The notes below the pieces were generated by a model. It was given only the letters and a program-made list of their open reading frames with translations. It was not told the DNA's origin and searched no databases. The translations under genes were made by a program, and so were the position numbers. This document shows, in pieces, positions 36,378-49,700 of a DNA stretch of 64,000 nt. How positions within the stretch are numbered: position 1 is the first letter of the stretch; every line of letters begins with the position of its first letter. The DNA lies in the NCBI RefSeq assembly GCF_031769215.1, contig NW_026782284.1, positions 558,001 to 622,000 of the forward strand, written 5' to 3'. This DNA comes from Ylistrum balloti (Eukaryota).

Positions 36378-38988
36378 ATGCAAAAGTTCGTCCTTACAAC
36401 AGTTGTGATAGTATGTGCCCTACTCGTAAGTCAAGTGACGTGTCAAGAGGCGATGTTAGCGCCCCCTGAGAGGCCCCACAGCTTCAGGACTCCAGACCAG
36501 CTCAGGAGTTACCTCCGGGCCCTTAACGAATATTATTCTATCGTCGGCCGACCACGGTAGGTGAAAAATTCGACGATTCGCGATCATAATAAAGATTGTA
36601 TCAAAATACATGTACCGTACTTGACGATTTTTTCAATAACTTTGCATTTTCCTCAGTCGCCTTTCAGGCTTCACAATTTAGGCTTTTAGTATCACTGACG
36701 AGTCCTAGAAGGACGAAACAGCTGTGTGATGTAACATCACTGACGAGTCCTAGAAGGACGAAACAGCTGTGTGATGTAGCATCACTGACGAGTCCTAGAA
36801 GGACGAAACAGCTGTGTGATGTAGCATCACTGACGAGTCCTAGAAGGACGAAACAGCTGTGTGATGTAACATCACTGACGAGTCCTAGAAGGACGAAACA
36901 GCTGTGTGATGTAGCATCACTGACGAGTCCTAGAAGGACGAAATAGCTGTGTGATGTAACATCACTGACGAGTCCTAGAAGGACGAAACAGCTGTGTGAT
37001 GTAGCATCACTGACGAGTCCTAGAAGGACGAAATAGCTGTGTGATGTAGCATCACTGACGAGTCCTAGAAGGACGAAATAGCTGTGTGATGTAGCATCAC
37101 TGACGAGTCCTTGAAGGACGAAACAGATGTGTGATGTAGCATCACTGGCGAGTCCTAGAAGGACGAAACAGCTATATGATGTATTTTAGCATAACTGACG
37201 AATTCTAGAAAGACGAAACAGCTGTATGATGTAGTTGAATTCATTCCTTGGCTCTACTTTAATTATTATTTAATTACAGTAAAAACAGAATTATGAAGAA
37301 AACAACCATTAGTTTCATAAAACCTCTGAGAATATACCTTAAGCATCAAGCTTTTGATAAATCCATGAAATTTTGAACTACCGAGAAAGCTCCGACTTGG
37401 TAGTAATTCTTGGAGCGGCTCTGTAATGTTCTTTGATTAGATTTCTTATCAATCTTTACCATCGTTTAAATTGTCAACAGTAGCCATTGTTGTTTTATCA
37501 AATGGGAAATTTAATCAAATTCATATTCTAAGTTTTTAATAATTGACACAATCCCACTCGGTTTAATTGTGTCATTTCCAAATCTCCGGGGTTTAACTGA
37601 AAAGTCTTCGTTCTGATAACTAAACTGTAATGTTATATGAAACAGACGAGAGTACCCGGAAATTAAAAATAGAGCGTATATCTATAACACTATGTACAGG
37701 CATTGGCGTTGGACTGGCATTTCATGTTCATGTACTTTGTAACACTTCAGATTTGGAAGAAGCGTCAACAAGCGATCTCTTGAAAGCAGTCTGTTTAACA
37801 CCGAGGACCTCAGCCCTGAAGGTGAGTCAGTGCCATAAGTTAACTAGAATTAGTGTATTCAGAGGATATCGTGGAAATAATCTACATTCCACGTTTGTTT
37901 AAACTAAAATGAAAACTGAAAGTGACTGACATTCCTTATCGTCTCTCAGGACAATGTTACTGTTAGCATAGATGTAAAACCAAATCCCAAACCTTGCTAA
38001 CGAATGCCTATGTGCATTATCAATCATTATAACCGTTGTCATAGAAACACCTCACATATATGTTTCAAGCTGGTTGTGATGTAAGAACATCTATTGGATA
38101 TACATTACCAACCCAAAGAAAATGATCCTGTAAATCCTTATAACAAATTATCGATTAGAACAGGTGATGTTAGTATATTCAAGTGTATCTACCTATCTTA
38201 AAAATATATCGTACTCATCAGGGATAACATACCATTTCATTGCGTATTGTTATGTTTAGCTCCACACAATGGAGTAAGCTTTTTTTTTTAATGTCACAGG
38301 GATAGACCCTCATTTAGTAATACGCCATAACATACCTGATTCAAATGTCTCTTTGGATAATAATACAATTATGAAATCACGTGGCTTAAAATCTCCGGTT
38401 TAATTCGAAAAAATAACTCTGTTGGGTGTTAACTCTTTCGTGGATGTCATTCTCATTATATAGAGAATAAAAACACACATACTTAAAAGGGGGAGAATTT
38501 ATTTATTTTTTTTTTTTTTTTTTTTTTAAATTTAATAAAATGACGACAAACGAATAATTAACGCGATAAAAATTATAATTATAACTTCATAATGACAAAT
38601 CACATCTTGTGGGATTCCTGGGCCTCTGTCTCTGGTCTCTGAACAATATCTGCGTTGAAAGTTGTCGCTTCGGTTGTTCGTATAAATCATAGAAATCGTT
38701 TAAGTTCATTATAATCATACCGAGTCAATCACTAAATATTTACACCAAAATAGTAAGCACAGTAAAAATGGGAATCAAGTTGATTTTTACCAATAAAAGC
38801 AATCAGCAGTGTTTATTTCACTTAAAACAAACTTTGTATTTAACAGATTGAAATACATTTCGACACCCTTTAGGTTTTAATGTATACTGAAACGTTTACC
38901 ATTGGTGTTTTATTTACACGTTTTGTTTTCTATTTTTGTTAGAATAGACTACCCTGCATTTGAAGACGAAAGTGACCTCTACATATGA
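36378..38988 (+). CDS. NPF: Neuropeptide F/Y precursor (3 coding exons)
   Basis: Exons 36378-36556, 37751-37821, 38948-38988: MQKFVLTTVVIVCALLVSQVTC-QEAMLAPPERPHSFRTPDQLRSYLRALNEYYSIVGRPRF-GR-SVNKR-SLESSLFNTEDLSPEDYPAFEDESDLYI*. Phase-2 intron inside the Arg codon before Phe, the conserved NPY/NPF intron position. AATAAA at 39112. Confidence 0.95.
36690..37234 (+). ncRNA. Tandem array of 12 minimal type-I hammerhead ribozyme motifs (45-bp unit) in NPF intron 2
   Basis: Unit: CATCA CTGACGA GTCC TAGAA GGAC GAAA CAG CTGT G TGATG. This gives core CUGANGA, stem II GUCC/GGAC, GAAA, loopless palindromic stem III ACAG/CUGU and stem I CAUCA/UGAUG. Confidence 0.88.
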
Positions 38989-39777
38989 CGCATGGAACTC
39001 TACACCAAGAGAAGATAACTCGTTTTTGTGAATTTTACATCCTAATTATTGATGGACCCTTTGTAATTGTTTTTCTATGTTACAATCGTCGGTTGTTGTA
39101 CGAAGAAAATGAATAAAATAGACAGAAACTAAAATGATTTTTTTTCTTCTTCTTCATCGAAAAACATAATCAAAATTTTCATTGGGAGAGTGTCGACATT
39201 AATATGATCACATGTATGTTTTCTTACTTTGTGATTTTATTGCACACTACGTATAAATCACACACATTGACAAGTACTTATTTTAAAAACTAGCATGCAC
39301 AAAATTACACTGAAATGAAAAATAAAATAAACAGACTTTCCACAAGGTGTACAAAAAATATAAATTTTCAGATGATGTATGCATTGGACATAATTACTAC
39401 ACACCGGATTTACAGAAATTATTCAGGAAAACGCAACCTTAAGTCACAATTTCACCATTCATAAAGTAAATGGACAACGGAAATATACCGCAGCTAATTA
39501 ATATATCTGTAGATCCTGGAGATACCCGTAAGGAGCGTCAACGAAAGTTTAAAAGGTAAATAAATCAGTCGCTCATTAAATATTATTAAAACATACTTTA
39601 AAAGTGGACACCACCATATCATTGTTTTTGCAGCATTTAGTATCACGTGATTCGCGATTAGATTGGTTAACAGCATTATGATTAAAAAAGAAGTTGATGA
39701 ATTATTTATTAAATTGATGTTTACGAGAAGGACGTGGATTACAAGGTCACCTTGTCACATCAGTAGGAATGGCAGCA

Positions 39778-41152
39778 CAGCACAGGTGACGGCACGCAGG
39801 TATATATCTGTTGTATAGGACAGGTGACGGTACACAGGTATATATCTGTTATATAGGACAGGTGACAGCACGCAGGTACATATCTGTTGTACAGGACAGG
39901 TGACGGTACACAGGTATATATCTGTTGTATAGGACAGGTGACAGCACGCAGGTATATATCTGTTGTATAGGACAGGTGACGGCACACAGGTATATATCTG
40001 TTGTATAGGACAGGTGAGGCACGCTGGTATATATCTGTTGTATAGGACAGGTGACGGCACACAGGTATATATCTGTTGTATAGGACAGGTGACGGCACGC
40101 AGATATATATCTATTGTACAGGACAGGTGACGGCACGCAGGTATATATCTGTTGTATAGGACAGGTGACGGTACACAGGTATATATCTGTTGTACAGGAC
40201 AGGTGACGGTACACAGGTATATATCTGTTGTATAGGACAGGTGACGATACACAGGTATATATCTGTTGTATAGGACAGGTGACGGCACGCAGGTATATAT
40301 CTGTTGTATAGGACAGGTGACGGTACACAGGTATATATCTGTTGTATAGGACAGGTGACGGCACGCAGGTATATATCTGTTGTATAGGACAGGTGACGGC
40401 ACGCAGGTATATATCTGTTGTACAGGACAAGTGACGACACGCAGGTATATATCTGTTGTATAGGACAGGTGACGGCACGCAGGTATATATCTATTGTACA
40501 GGACAGGTGACGGCACGCAGGTATATATCTGTTGTATAGGACAGGTGACGACACGCAGGTATATATCTGTTGTATGGGACAGGTGACGGTACACAGGTAT
40601 ATATCTATTGTACAGGACAGGTGACGGCACGCAGGTATATATCTGTTGTATAGGACAGGTGACAGCACACAGGTATATATCTGTTGTATAGGACAGGTGA
40701 CGGCACACAGGTATATATCTGTTGTATAGGACAGGTGACGGCACGCAGGTATATATCTGTTGTATAGGACAGGTGACGGCACGCAGGTATATATCTGTTG
40801 TATAGGACAGGTGACGGCACGCAGGTATATATCTGTTGTACAGGACAAGTGACGACACGCAGGTATATATCTGTTGTATAGGACAGGTGACAGCACGCAG
40901 GTATATATCTATTGTATAGGACAGGTGACGGCACGCAGGTATATATATGTTGTATGGGACAGGTGACGGTACACAGGTATATATCTGTTGTATAGGACAG
41001 GTGACGGTACACAGGTATATATCTGTTGTATAGGACAAGTGACGGTACACAGGTATATATCTGTTGTATAGGACAGGTGACGGTACACAGGTATATATCT
41101 GTTGTATAGGACAGGTGACGGCACACAGGTATATATCTGTTGTACAGGACAA
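39778..41152. repeat. 38-bp satellite, ~36 copies
   Basis: ACAGGTGACGG(C/T)AC(G/A)CAGGTATATATCTGTTGTATAGG repeated. Confidence 0.96.
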
Positions 41153-42329
41153 GGGTCACTGAAATATATTGTATCACTTCACCTCAGATTTAATACCAGT
41201 CGCTCGAAAGCTAACCAGTGGTTCGTGAAAATTCAAATTGCTGCCACTGAACAAAGATTATTAAATGCAAAATTAATACTCCAAACATATCTTACATGTC
41301 TCACCAAATCTACGTGTACGACATGGTAAAACATGTTCCCAGGTTTGGTTCACATTTGAAAAATCTCACTAACCAGCCTTTTAACAACCAGGCCCAGACT
41401 TCTACCTACAAAAAGACAATTACTATTTTCATATATGCATTGCAGTTTGAAAAATACTATTTATCAGGTCGAAAATATTCTCACTGCAAGTACATGTTGG
41501 TAATCCAGTCAACAAGTATTGAAATTTCAAAAACACAAGTGCCTGTTATGTTTAGTCTCGAAGGACACGACAAGGAAAGGGTATTCCAGATTAAGGTCGA
41601 TTTTTTAAAATGTTCACCCGAATGGTTTGGTTAATCCTCGATAATCCAGGGGTTACGATCACTTTCGGACATGTCATGGTAAAATTGAAGGTTCGATGTT
41701 CGATATGGACAATACGAAAAGAGTACTCTGACGTACATCAAGCAAATCTCAAGATCGCAAAACGGTATATTGTAATGGCCTTGAAGTTGGGTGTCGCTCC
41801 TTTGTAATCTTCAATGGGAACTTATCAACCTATGATTGGTCAGTTTTTTTTCTCCTGGAAGCAATCAAGTACTTCGATCTTTTTTGCTATGAAATGCTCC
41901 AGGAGTGTAGAGAGCGAACGTGACCGTAACCCCTGTAATATCGAGGATTGTTTTGGTCACAAATATGTATAAACATAAAAGACATGCAAATGTTTGACAT
42001 ACAGGTTATTTCTCAATTGTGACAAAACGTAATTGTCGTAGCTGATAGTTCTTACACCGTTAAACATAAAATGTAATCAACGGTGGTCATCAAAACGCTA
42101 ACAGAGGTTGTGTCGTGATCAATTCAATAATGTGACGAGTAGCAGATTTTCATTCTTCATCATGACGTGCACACGAACCATGTCAGCACCCGAGAAAACA
42201 GTAGGTTGGTGTTACTCGGACACCCTTCGTCAAAAAATTTGTTGTTGTTGTGCTGCATCGAAAGTCTAACCAAGATGACGAATTCAGGTTCCAGACAGAC
42301 ACACGTTTTAAACAGTCTACTTACATTTA

Positions 42330-42560
42330 AAAAGCTTTCCTGTGTGACAGTGTTTCATATGTAAATTTCCTGGTTGAACAATTCACCGTGTCCATTTCGT
42401 GCTCTCCCGTTAAGCCTCTGTCGACTACTGTAGAGACAACTTGTCTGAATGTTTTGCTTAAATCACGACAGAAATTACGGGCACACGTAAAGTAAGCGTT
42501 AATAACATTATAGGGGTTATAACCACGTCGTACCAATACAACCTAAACTGCTTTTTTCTA
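42330..42560 (-). mobile_element. Possible Penelope-like RT C-terminal fragment
   Basis: Translation LVRRGYNPYNVINAYFTCARNFCRDL resembles the PLE 'F..RGY....I..A...A....R..L' segment. Recognised by eye only. Confidence 0.35.
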
Positions 42561-42582
42561 CTTATATATCTAAAATTATTTA

Positions 42583-42738
42583 TAGTACACCGATCAAGCT
42601 AACCATACTTCCTAAAAGAAGTCATCACCTGTACATAGCTTGGTCCAGGTAACCGATTGATCGGTAGTACTCCGATCAAGCTAACCATACTTCCTGAAAG
42701 AAGTCATCACCTGTACATAGCTTGGTCCAGGTAACCGA
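42583..42738. repeat. 82-bp-period direct duplication just upstream of the membrane-protein ATG
   Basis: TAGTAC(A/T)CCGATCAAGCTAACCATACTTCCT(A/G)AAAGAAGTCATCACCTGTACATAGCTTGGTCCAGGTAACCGA x2. Confidence 0.9.
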
Positions 42739-42767
42739 CTGATCAGTCAGATTCACACAAAGTCAAG

Positions 42768-45700
42768 ATGGCGTTTAGACGACATTCCTGTTGGAAAATC
42801 TTTCTGGTCTTCTTTCTCCTCTGTCCTATCTCATTTGCAATCGTCGTCAGTCAATTTGGATGCGAAATAGGTAAGATGTATGATAGTTATTTTTGTATGA
42901 CAGCATAATATATCCTATTGTTGATACTTGTATTGTTATTCCTGGTAACTAGGATTCCAAGCATTAAAAAGATCGCAGTAATGTCTCCCAACGCAAAAGA
43001 TTTCTATTCAAGTAAGCAACATTTTAATATTTCGCCAATCAGAAGCCTAAGTCTGGTTGCTATGACAACTCAGCTCATTAAAGTGAGTTATATATCGATT
43101 CTATTTAAAACATCAAAGACAAAAAGAGACGAAATATCATCCAAGTAAGATGATGTTGAAATTCCAGTCATTCTTCGATGACGTCATTTAGATTCTGAAC
43201 ATATACAGACCTCCGCCAATATTTCGCGCAAAAAATCATAAAATATTGGAGTAGTGGTCTCTGAGAATTGTAGTGACATATCGCATGACCTTTGACCTGC
43301 ACATGAAAGAACTTGTCATATTCTTAGGCTTCTGTTTATATCACCATGGGCATGAAGACATCGTTGCTGTGGCAACAGAACTGGTGCAATCGAGTTATCA
43401 ATCACTGACATCTGGATGTGACTTCCAACACTATGGGATATTGTTCAACCGATTTGGTTTGGTTGCTGTAGAAGCCATCTTGGATGGATGACTTCACAAC
43501 TGGCCTTGAATTTGTATATCTACAGATGTACACCAATACTAGTGGTAAAATGTGAGAATATCTGATGCTGTTGTTAGTAACAGATCATGACCTTTGACTT
43601 CCGTAACAAATGAACAATCCCATGTAACACAATATTGGCAGGGATGACCCGCGGTAAAACACAAGTGATTGCATGGACACCAATGCTTGACTGCCATTAT
43701 GATTGTGGTAATAGTTTACATAACCTTTGACCTGTAAAGCTGTTGAGCAACTCCATACCGTCGTCCACGTGTGTAACCTGTGTATCATCAACCACAGAAC
43801 AGAAGAACCCGATGTTGACAGACGGACAACACAAAAATCTACTTCCTCCCCCTAGCTAACAAGAGGTAGACACAATTCCCCTCCCCAAACTAACAAGAGG
43901 TAGAAACAACTTCCTCCCCCAGACTAACAAGAGGTAGACACAACTTCCTCCCCCAGACTAACAAGAGGTAGACACAGCTTCCTCTTCCAAACTAACAAGT
44001 GGTAGACACAACTTCCTCCCCCAAACTAACTAGAGGTAGACACAACTTCCTCCCCCAAACTAACAAGAGGTAGACACAACTTCCACCCCCAGACTAACAA
44101 GAGGTAGACACAACTTCCTCCCCCAGACTAACAAGAGGTAGACACAACTTCCACCCCCAGACTAACAAGAGATAGACACAACTTCCTCCCCCAGACTAAC
44201 AAGAGGTAGACACAACTTCCTCCCCAAGACCAACAGGAGGTAGACACAACTTCCTCCCCCAGACCAACAGGAGGTAGACACATCTTCCTCCTCCAGACCA
44301 ACAGGAGGTAGACACAACTTCCTCCCCCAGACCAACAAGAGGTAGGCACAACTTCCTCCCCCAGACTAACAAGAGGTAGACACAACTTCCTCCCCCAGAC
44401 TAACAAGAGGTAGACACAACTTCCTCCCCCAGACTAACAAGAGGTAGACACAACTTCCTCCCCCAGACTAACAAAAGGTAGACACAACTTCCTCCCCCAG
44501 ACTAACAAGAGGTAGACACAACTTCCTCCCCCAGACTTACAAGAGGTAGGCACAACTTCTTCCCCCAGACTAACAAGAGGTAGACACAACTTCCTCCCCC
44601 CAGACCAACAAGAGGTAGACACACATAGTTAAGCTGTTCTGATTGTTATTCCAGAATACAGACATTTTGACTCTCTGTGGAAATTTGTTTCACCCCCCTA
44701 CTCGTACTTCTATTGCAACAAACAGCTTGCTTTTGAAGGTATTTCATGTCTCTACATGGCAATGAAAATATATGCCACCGGCATGGCCTTTCCCAGTTCT
44801 TCCAGGCAAATACGATATCTTTACATATACTGGTAAAATTATTTCTACAACAATGTCCCTACTACTAAATTCTTATTTAAGATGATATCTACTTGTGTTT
44901 ATTTTGTAAACAGCCCTTCATTAATGATTTTATCTATTTTTCGTTTGCAGGTATCCTGAAAAGAGAAACTTTGGCCACGTTCAACTCCTTTCGTTTGGAG
45001 ATAATCCCGATCGACATCATCCTCAAACTATGGTTCCACTTGGCAGTGTACATCTGGCATCTGGTGTGGATCATATACCTCGTTGTCTGTGTCTTCCGAG
45101 AAACGACGTGCGCCTATATCTACCAACTTCCGGTTTATCCGTCAACCATGTTAGGACTGATGGCATTAAATTTGTTTACCAACGCTGGTTGGTTGATAGC
45201 GTTTGACCAATACAGACTGGTATTATCTCTGATTCTGTCGGTGATTTCACTCGTTACGCTGTCTGTGTCTTTGTGTCTGGCATACAAACATCTTTTAACA
45301 CTAGACACTTTGATGAGAAGACTTGAACTTAAAAAAGACATCTGGCTGATCCGCATCCTGATCCATGAATGTCTTGCATTCTATGGAGCCTTATTAGTCA
45401 TTTCGACACTTTTAAATCTCTGCATGTGCATGACGTTTCGATGGGACGTTGATCACATGGTATCCTGCCTTATCGTCCTATCTCTGCTTGGTTCTGCAAT
45501 GTTTGCTTGCTTTTTTGTGGACAATGCGTTATTCTCTACCTACACACAGTGGACATTCTCCCCGTACCTTGTTTATATCGTGGCTGTGTGTGGAATGCTG
45601 TACCGATCGTATGACTTGAACCTCAGGTTTTCTGTGTCTGTATTTCTGGTTTGCCTTCTGGTGTTTGCATGCTTTGCACTAGGAACAAAACTTGCCATTT

Positions 45701-45774
45701 TGGGCTACAGACTTTGTATTGCACATCAGAAAAAGAAACAAAAACCTGCGCTGGAAATCCGCTCTCATAAATAA
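42768..45774 (+). CDS. Uncharacterised multi-pass membrane protein (2 exons, ~308 aa), possibly a divergent TspO-like family member
   Basis: Exon 1 42768-42870 (AAGATGG Kozak; MAFRRHSCWKIFLVFFLLCPISFAIVVSQFGCEI; G|GTAAG) splices in frame to exon 2 44951-45774 (TTTGCAG|GT). About 7-8 hydrophobic segments. AATAAA overlaps the stop. Confidence 0.8.
43100..43835. mobile_element. Non-autonomous interspersed repeat remnant (TGACCTTTGACC motifs, GACAGACGGAC end)
   Basis: Motifs typical of mollusc MITE/Helentron-associated elements. Family assigned from pattern only. Confidence 0.35.
43838..44622. repeat. 34-bp minisatellite, ~23 copies, in the membrane-protein intron
   Basis: AGACACAACTTCCTCCCCCAGACTAACAAGAGGT repeated. 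Confidence 0.95.
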
Positions 45775-46753
45775 AGTAATATTAATAGCAGTAAAACTTA
45801 GCCAGCCTTACATGATTATCTTTAAAATTGCCATATATATACCATTTTAGCTACTCTGAGTTAGAAAACGCTGCTTTCATCCCTAGATTTAAGATGCCAT
45901 TGGAAATATATTTCATCTAGTGGCCTTAAAAGGAAATCAATGTATAATTTGACTATGTTTTATATTCCCTTATCCTTTGATGCTATGCTGAATGCTTAAA
46001 TTCCAGCGTGATTTTTTTCTTAATCTTTTGATCAATTAAAGTAGATGGAATAATAACTGTAATTGTTTATCATTGTATAACTTTTTCTTCCTCTCCCTTT
46101 TTGAATAGCTTTGCAGGAAAGAAAAAAAAGGTAGTCAGTGCAATCTACATCACATTGACTTGTCAATCTGTACTTTACTGACTTGTCAATGACACCAAGC
46201 ACACCACTGTTACTATAAAGACTTTTGCAGCAAAAGCAATATGCTTTATGTCTCTCCAGCTTTCCATTCACAATCCTCCTACATATAAGATGATGCAACA
46301 CAGAACACCCAATAATACAACACACAACACAAGGAGACAACACACAGCATAAAGAAACCCCATATAGCACCAGGAAACAACACAGCACCAGGAACCGTCG
46401 TTTGATTCTAAAGAACCCAACAGCACCTTATAAACAAGCTCAACACTAATCCACCATCATAAACTTAATTTATTAAAACGGGATTGATGTTTCAATCTTA
46501 ATCACGGTAATGTGAAATTTGATGACTTTTCAGTATTCCTCCCTCAGCTGTTGTTTATCACAGGAGGATTATCAGTGAAATACTTCAACAAAATGTTCAT
46601 AAAACACAATGTTGACTCTGTACTTTGTCGACATTAATGATTGATGTACCGACACCATTTTGTCTGTAATGTGTATAAATCGTTGTACATCTTTATTATA
46701 TCTATATTTGTTGGTGTTCGATCTTGGTACTGATCTTAAATGTCCCAATAATC

Positions 46754-49700
46754 TTAGCGTCGTTGCGTTTTGCCTGTTCCACGTTTACCAGCATACAGAT
46801 GTTTGGGCATCATGTTGAGGATGACACGATCACCTTCGCCCTTCTTTGCGTTTCTATTCCTCGGGACTTGTGCCTTTCTTCCAATCTTCTTTGCTTTGGT
46901 AGCCATCTAATAGATACAAGTAAACAGAATTATTAGCATAGCAGAATAATGTTAGTGCTTCAATCCAAATTGGATAGAATATCACAATTTATAAAGCTTG
47001 TAAATATATAACTCAAAACTGATCTCATTGTGGTGTCACCAAAGGGAACCTAACAAATCAAAGACCAATATTGCAAGAAATTGATACATGTAGTTCTCAC
47101 CTCCTGACAAACTTTGATATATCAAAAAATTGACAAAGGGCCATAAGTCTATATTAAGTTGTGCATAACACTAGGCCACTCCTAGAGAAATCCATTACTA
47201 ATTTTTTCTGTATTTAAAAGAGTGAATATCACTTCCAGATCCTTACTTTAAGTTTCTATCAACACAATAAACTTACTCAAATATTACAATAGTTAATGAA
47301 TAAATTAACAGTGAAACTGTTGTTCCTTTTCCCTTAACACCACTATGCTAGTAGCATAGGTTGAAAAATGTAGTGTAAAACCTGAAGTCAGTTCTGCTAG
47401 TATGAGTAAGGAACTCAAAATCCTAGAAACCTGATCCCTTCCCCTGAATCATGTAGCTTTATACTGACCACAACATCGCGTACACCAGACTTGTCTCTTG
47501 GCACCTTTGAGCGACTTAAGCTCCTAGTTTTGGAGGTATCCATGGCTGTTGTGGATTCACTGCGCTTTCTCTTTACAGCTTGCCTACTAGCACTCCTCGA
47601 TCGAGCTCTAGCCATATGTGTCTAAAATAAAAAACAATACAATGTTCAAATCACACAAAACATTTCATATTTTTCCTATATCTATTTATACTTATTTTAT
47701 ATATACTGTATTACATATTATATCTATATATTATTTATATTTATATGTCACTCCCCACATTTTCAGAAACTGGAGACAACTTCTATTTTCATTGACTTCC
47801 ATTTCCAATTTTCTCCAAATCAGCCCCAGTATCTTTTCACACTGGAAGTATCTTTGTCTCTATCTTCCAACCTTTACTTCCATTTTCCCCAATATTCATC
47901 TTCACATGTTCAACTTTTTAAAATAATTACCTGTAGGTTCTTAGAAATAGAAGATAACTGACCCCTTCCTCTATTCCTCTATATCTGTTACTACATTCTC
48001 AGACAGGGAGATAACTCACTCCTTCCTTGACTTCCACCTCCATCCCACTATATCTGCCTTACATTCTCAGACAGGGAGATAACTCACTCCTTCCTTGACT
48101 TCAAGCTCCATTTCTATCTATATCTGCCTTACATCATCATACATGGAGATACTGGTAACTCACTCCTTGATTTCATTTCTCTCGATTTCTGCCTGCATGG
48201 GAGATAACTCACCTTTTCCACTGCCTTTGCCTTACATTCTCAGATAGGGAGATAACTCATTCCTTCCTTGACTTTCAATCTCATTTCTATCAATATCTGT
48301 TTTAATTCTCATAGATGGGAGATAACTCACCCTTTCACTCCTATTTTTCTCTGCATTTGCCTTACATTCTCAGACAGGGAGTTAGCTCACTCCTTCCTTG
48401 GCTACCACTCCAATTTCAATCTTTATCTGCCTTACATTATCAGACAACGAAAATAACTTGCCCCTTCCTTGACTTCCACTCACATTTTTGTCTATATCTG
48501 CCTTCAATCATCAGACATGGGAGATAAGTCAGGCTTTTCACTCATTTTTTTTCTCTATATCTGCCTTACATTCTCAGACAAGGGAAATAACTCACCCCTT
48601 CCTCGATTTCCACACCCATTTCTTCCATATCGGTCACCATGCTCTTTGTATCAATCTTCTGTGCTTTCTTTGGCAGACGAGGCTTATTGATGCGTCTCTT
48701 CTCTCTTGATTCTATCATCATAATCTTCCTCTTTTCTTTAATTCTGTTAAAATGAAAGACCATGTGATTATAAAATTCTGAAATAACACTTTAATAATCA
48801 CATTCCACCATTCTGTAGTAAGTGACTTTAATAATAGAAGTTGTTACCAGATCAAACATTTGTTTTCAATTTAGAGATTGCCTGTATGAAACCATCAATA
48901 TTTCAGGCAAAGGTGTAAACAGAGATACCTTACACTGCAGTTACCAACAATTTTACTCAAGAACTTCCCTTTAATTTATCAGTCAAAAACACAGTTTTCT
49001 TGTCTCTACCTGAAGGAAAAATCAATTCTGGAAGTTTTCTTGGCATTGATGTTTTAGGCAACGAAAAAGTCTGACATTCAATAAATGTATTGATATTGGT
49101 ACCAGTTTCCATACTAGCAAAGATACACTGATATTGGAGTGATGTCAAAAACTAAAAATTTTCCAACTTACTTTTTAGCTGTACGTCTTATATATTTCAT
49201 CTCTTCGTCTTCCTCACTGCTTTCATTGTCATAGTAACCAGCTTTCTCTCGTAAATCTTCTTCCTTCTCAAGTGCATCAAGTTTCTGAAAAACCAGAAAT
49301 CAAAATAGAAATCAAACTTAAAACACTTTACCCACAATCCTCTTCAAAGAAAAAGTGACAATGAAGTTTAACTCTCATTCATGGGACTATGACTAAGAGT
49401 TGGTCTTAAGACATATTTATCATCAATCATGTTAAATTTTATTTTAGACCAACTCAATTCATTTCCATAGAGTAAACCAATTCCTGAATCCTTGTATATC
49501 AATAAAGCTATGAATTTTGTTATAACTAGTGTTTACATGTCCCCCATCCAACATGAACTTCTGGAAGCTGTGCAAGTGTCTGATTAAGCATGAATCCCAT
49601 TGGAAATACAATTTATTTTTTCAAAGTAAAAAAAGTAAACACAATTATATTCACTTTTGAATTTGACATTTTGCAATTATGATAAACATGTCAAACAATT

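Noticed and set aside
36596-36946. 116-aa repetitive ORF in NPF intron 2
   Set aside because: Consequence of the 45-bp (multiple of 3) unit; the RNA structure explains the sequence better.
36690-37234. CRISPR-like appearance of this and other arrays
   Set aside because: Units are head-to-tail with no unique spacers, there are no cas genes and the context is eukaryotic.
39755-41177. Long minus-strand ORFs (up to 465 aa)
   Set aside because: Stop-free translations of the 38-bp satellite in several frames; no protein features.
44128-44622. Minus-strand repetitive ORFs
   Set aside because: Translations of the 34-bp minisatellite.
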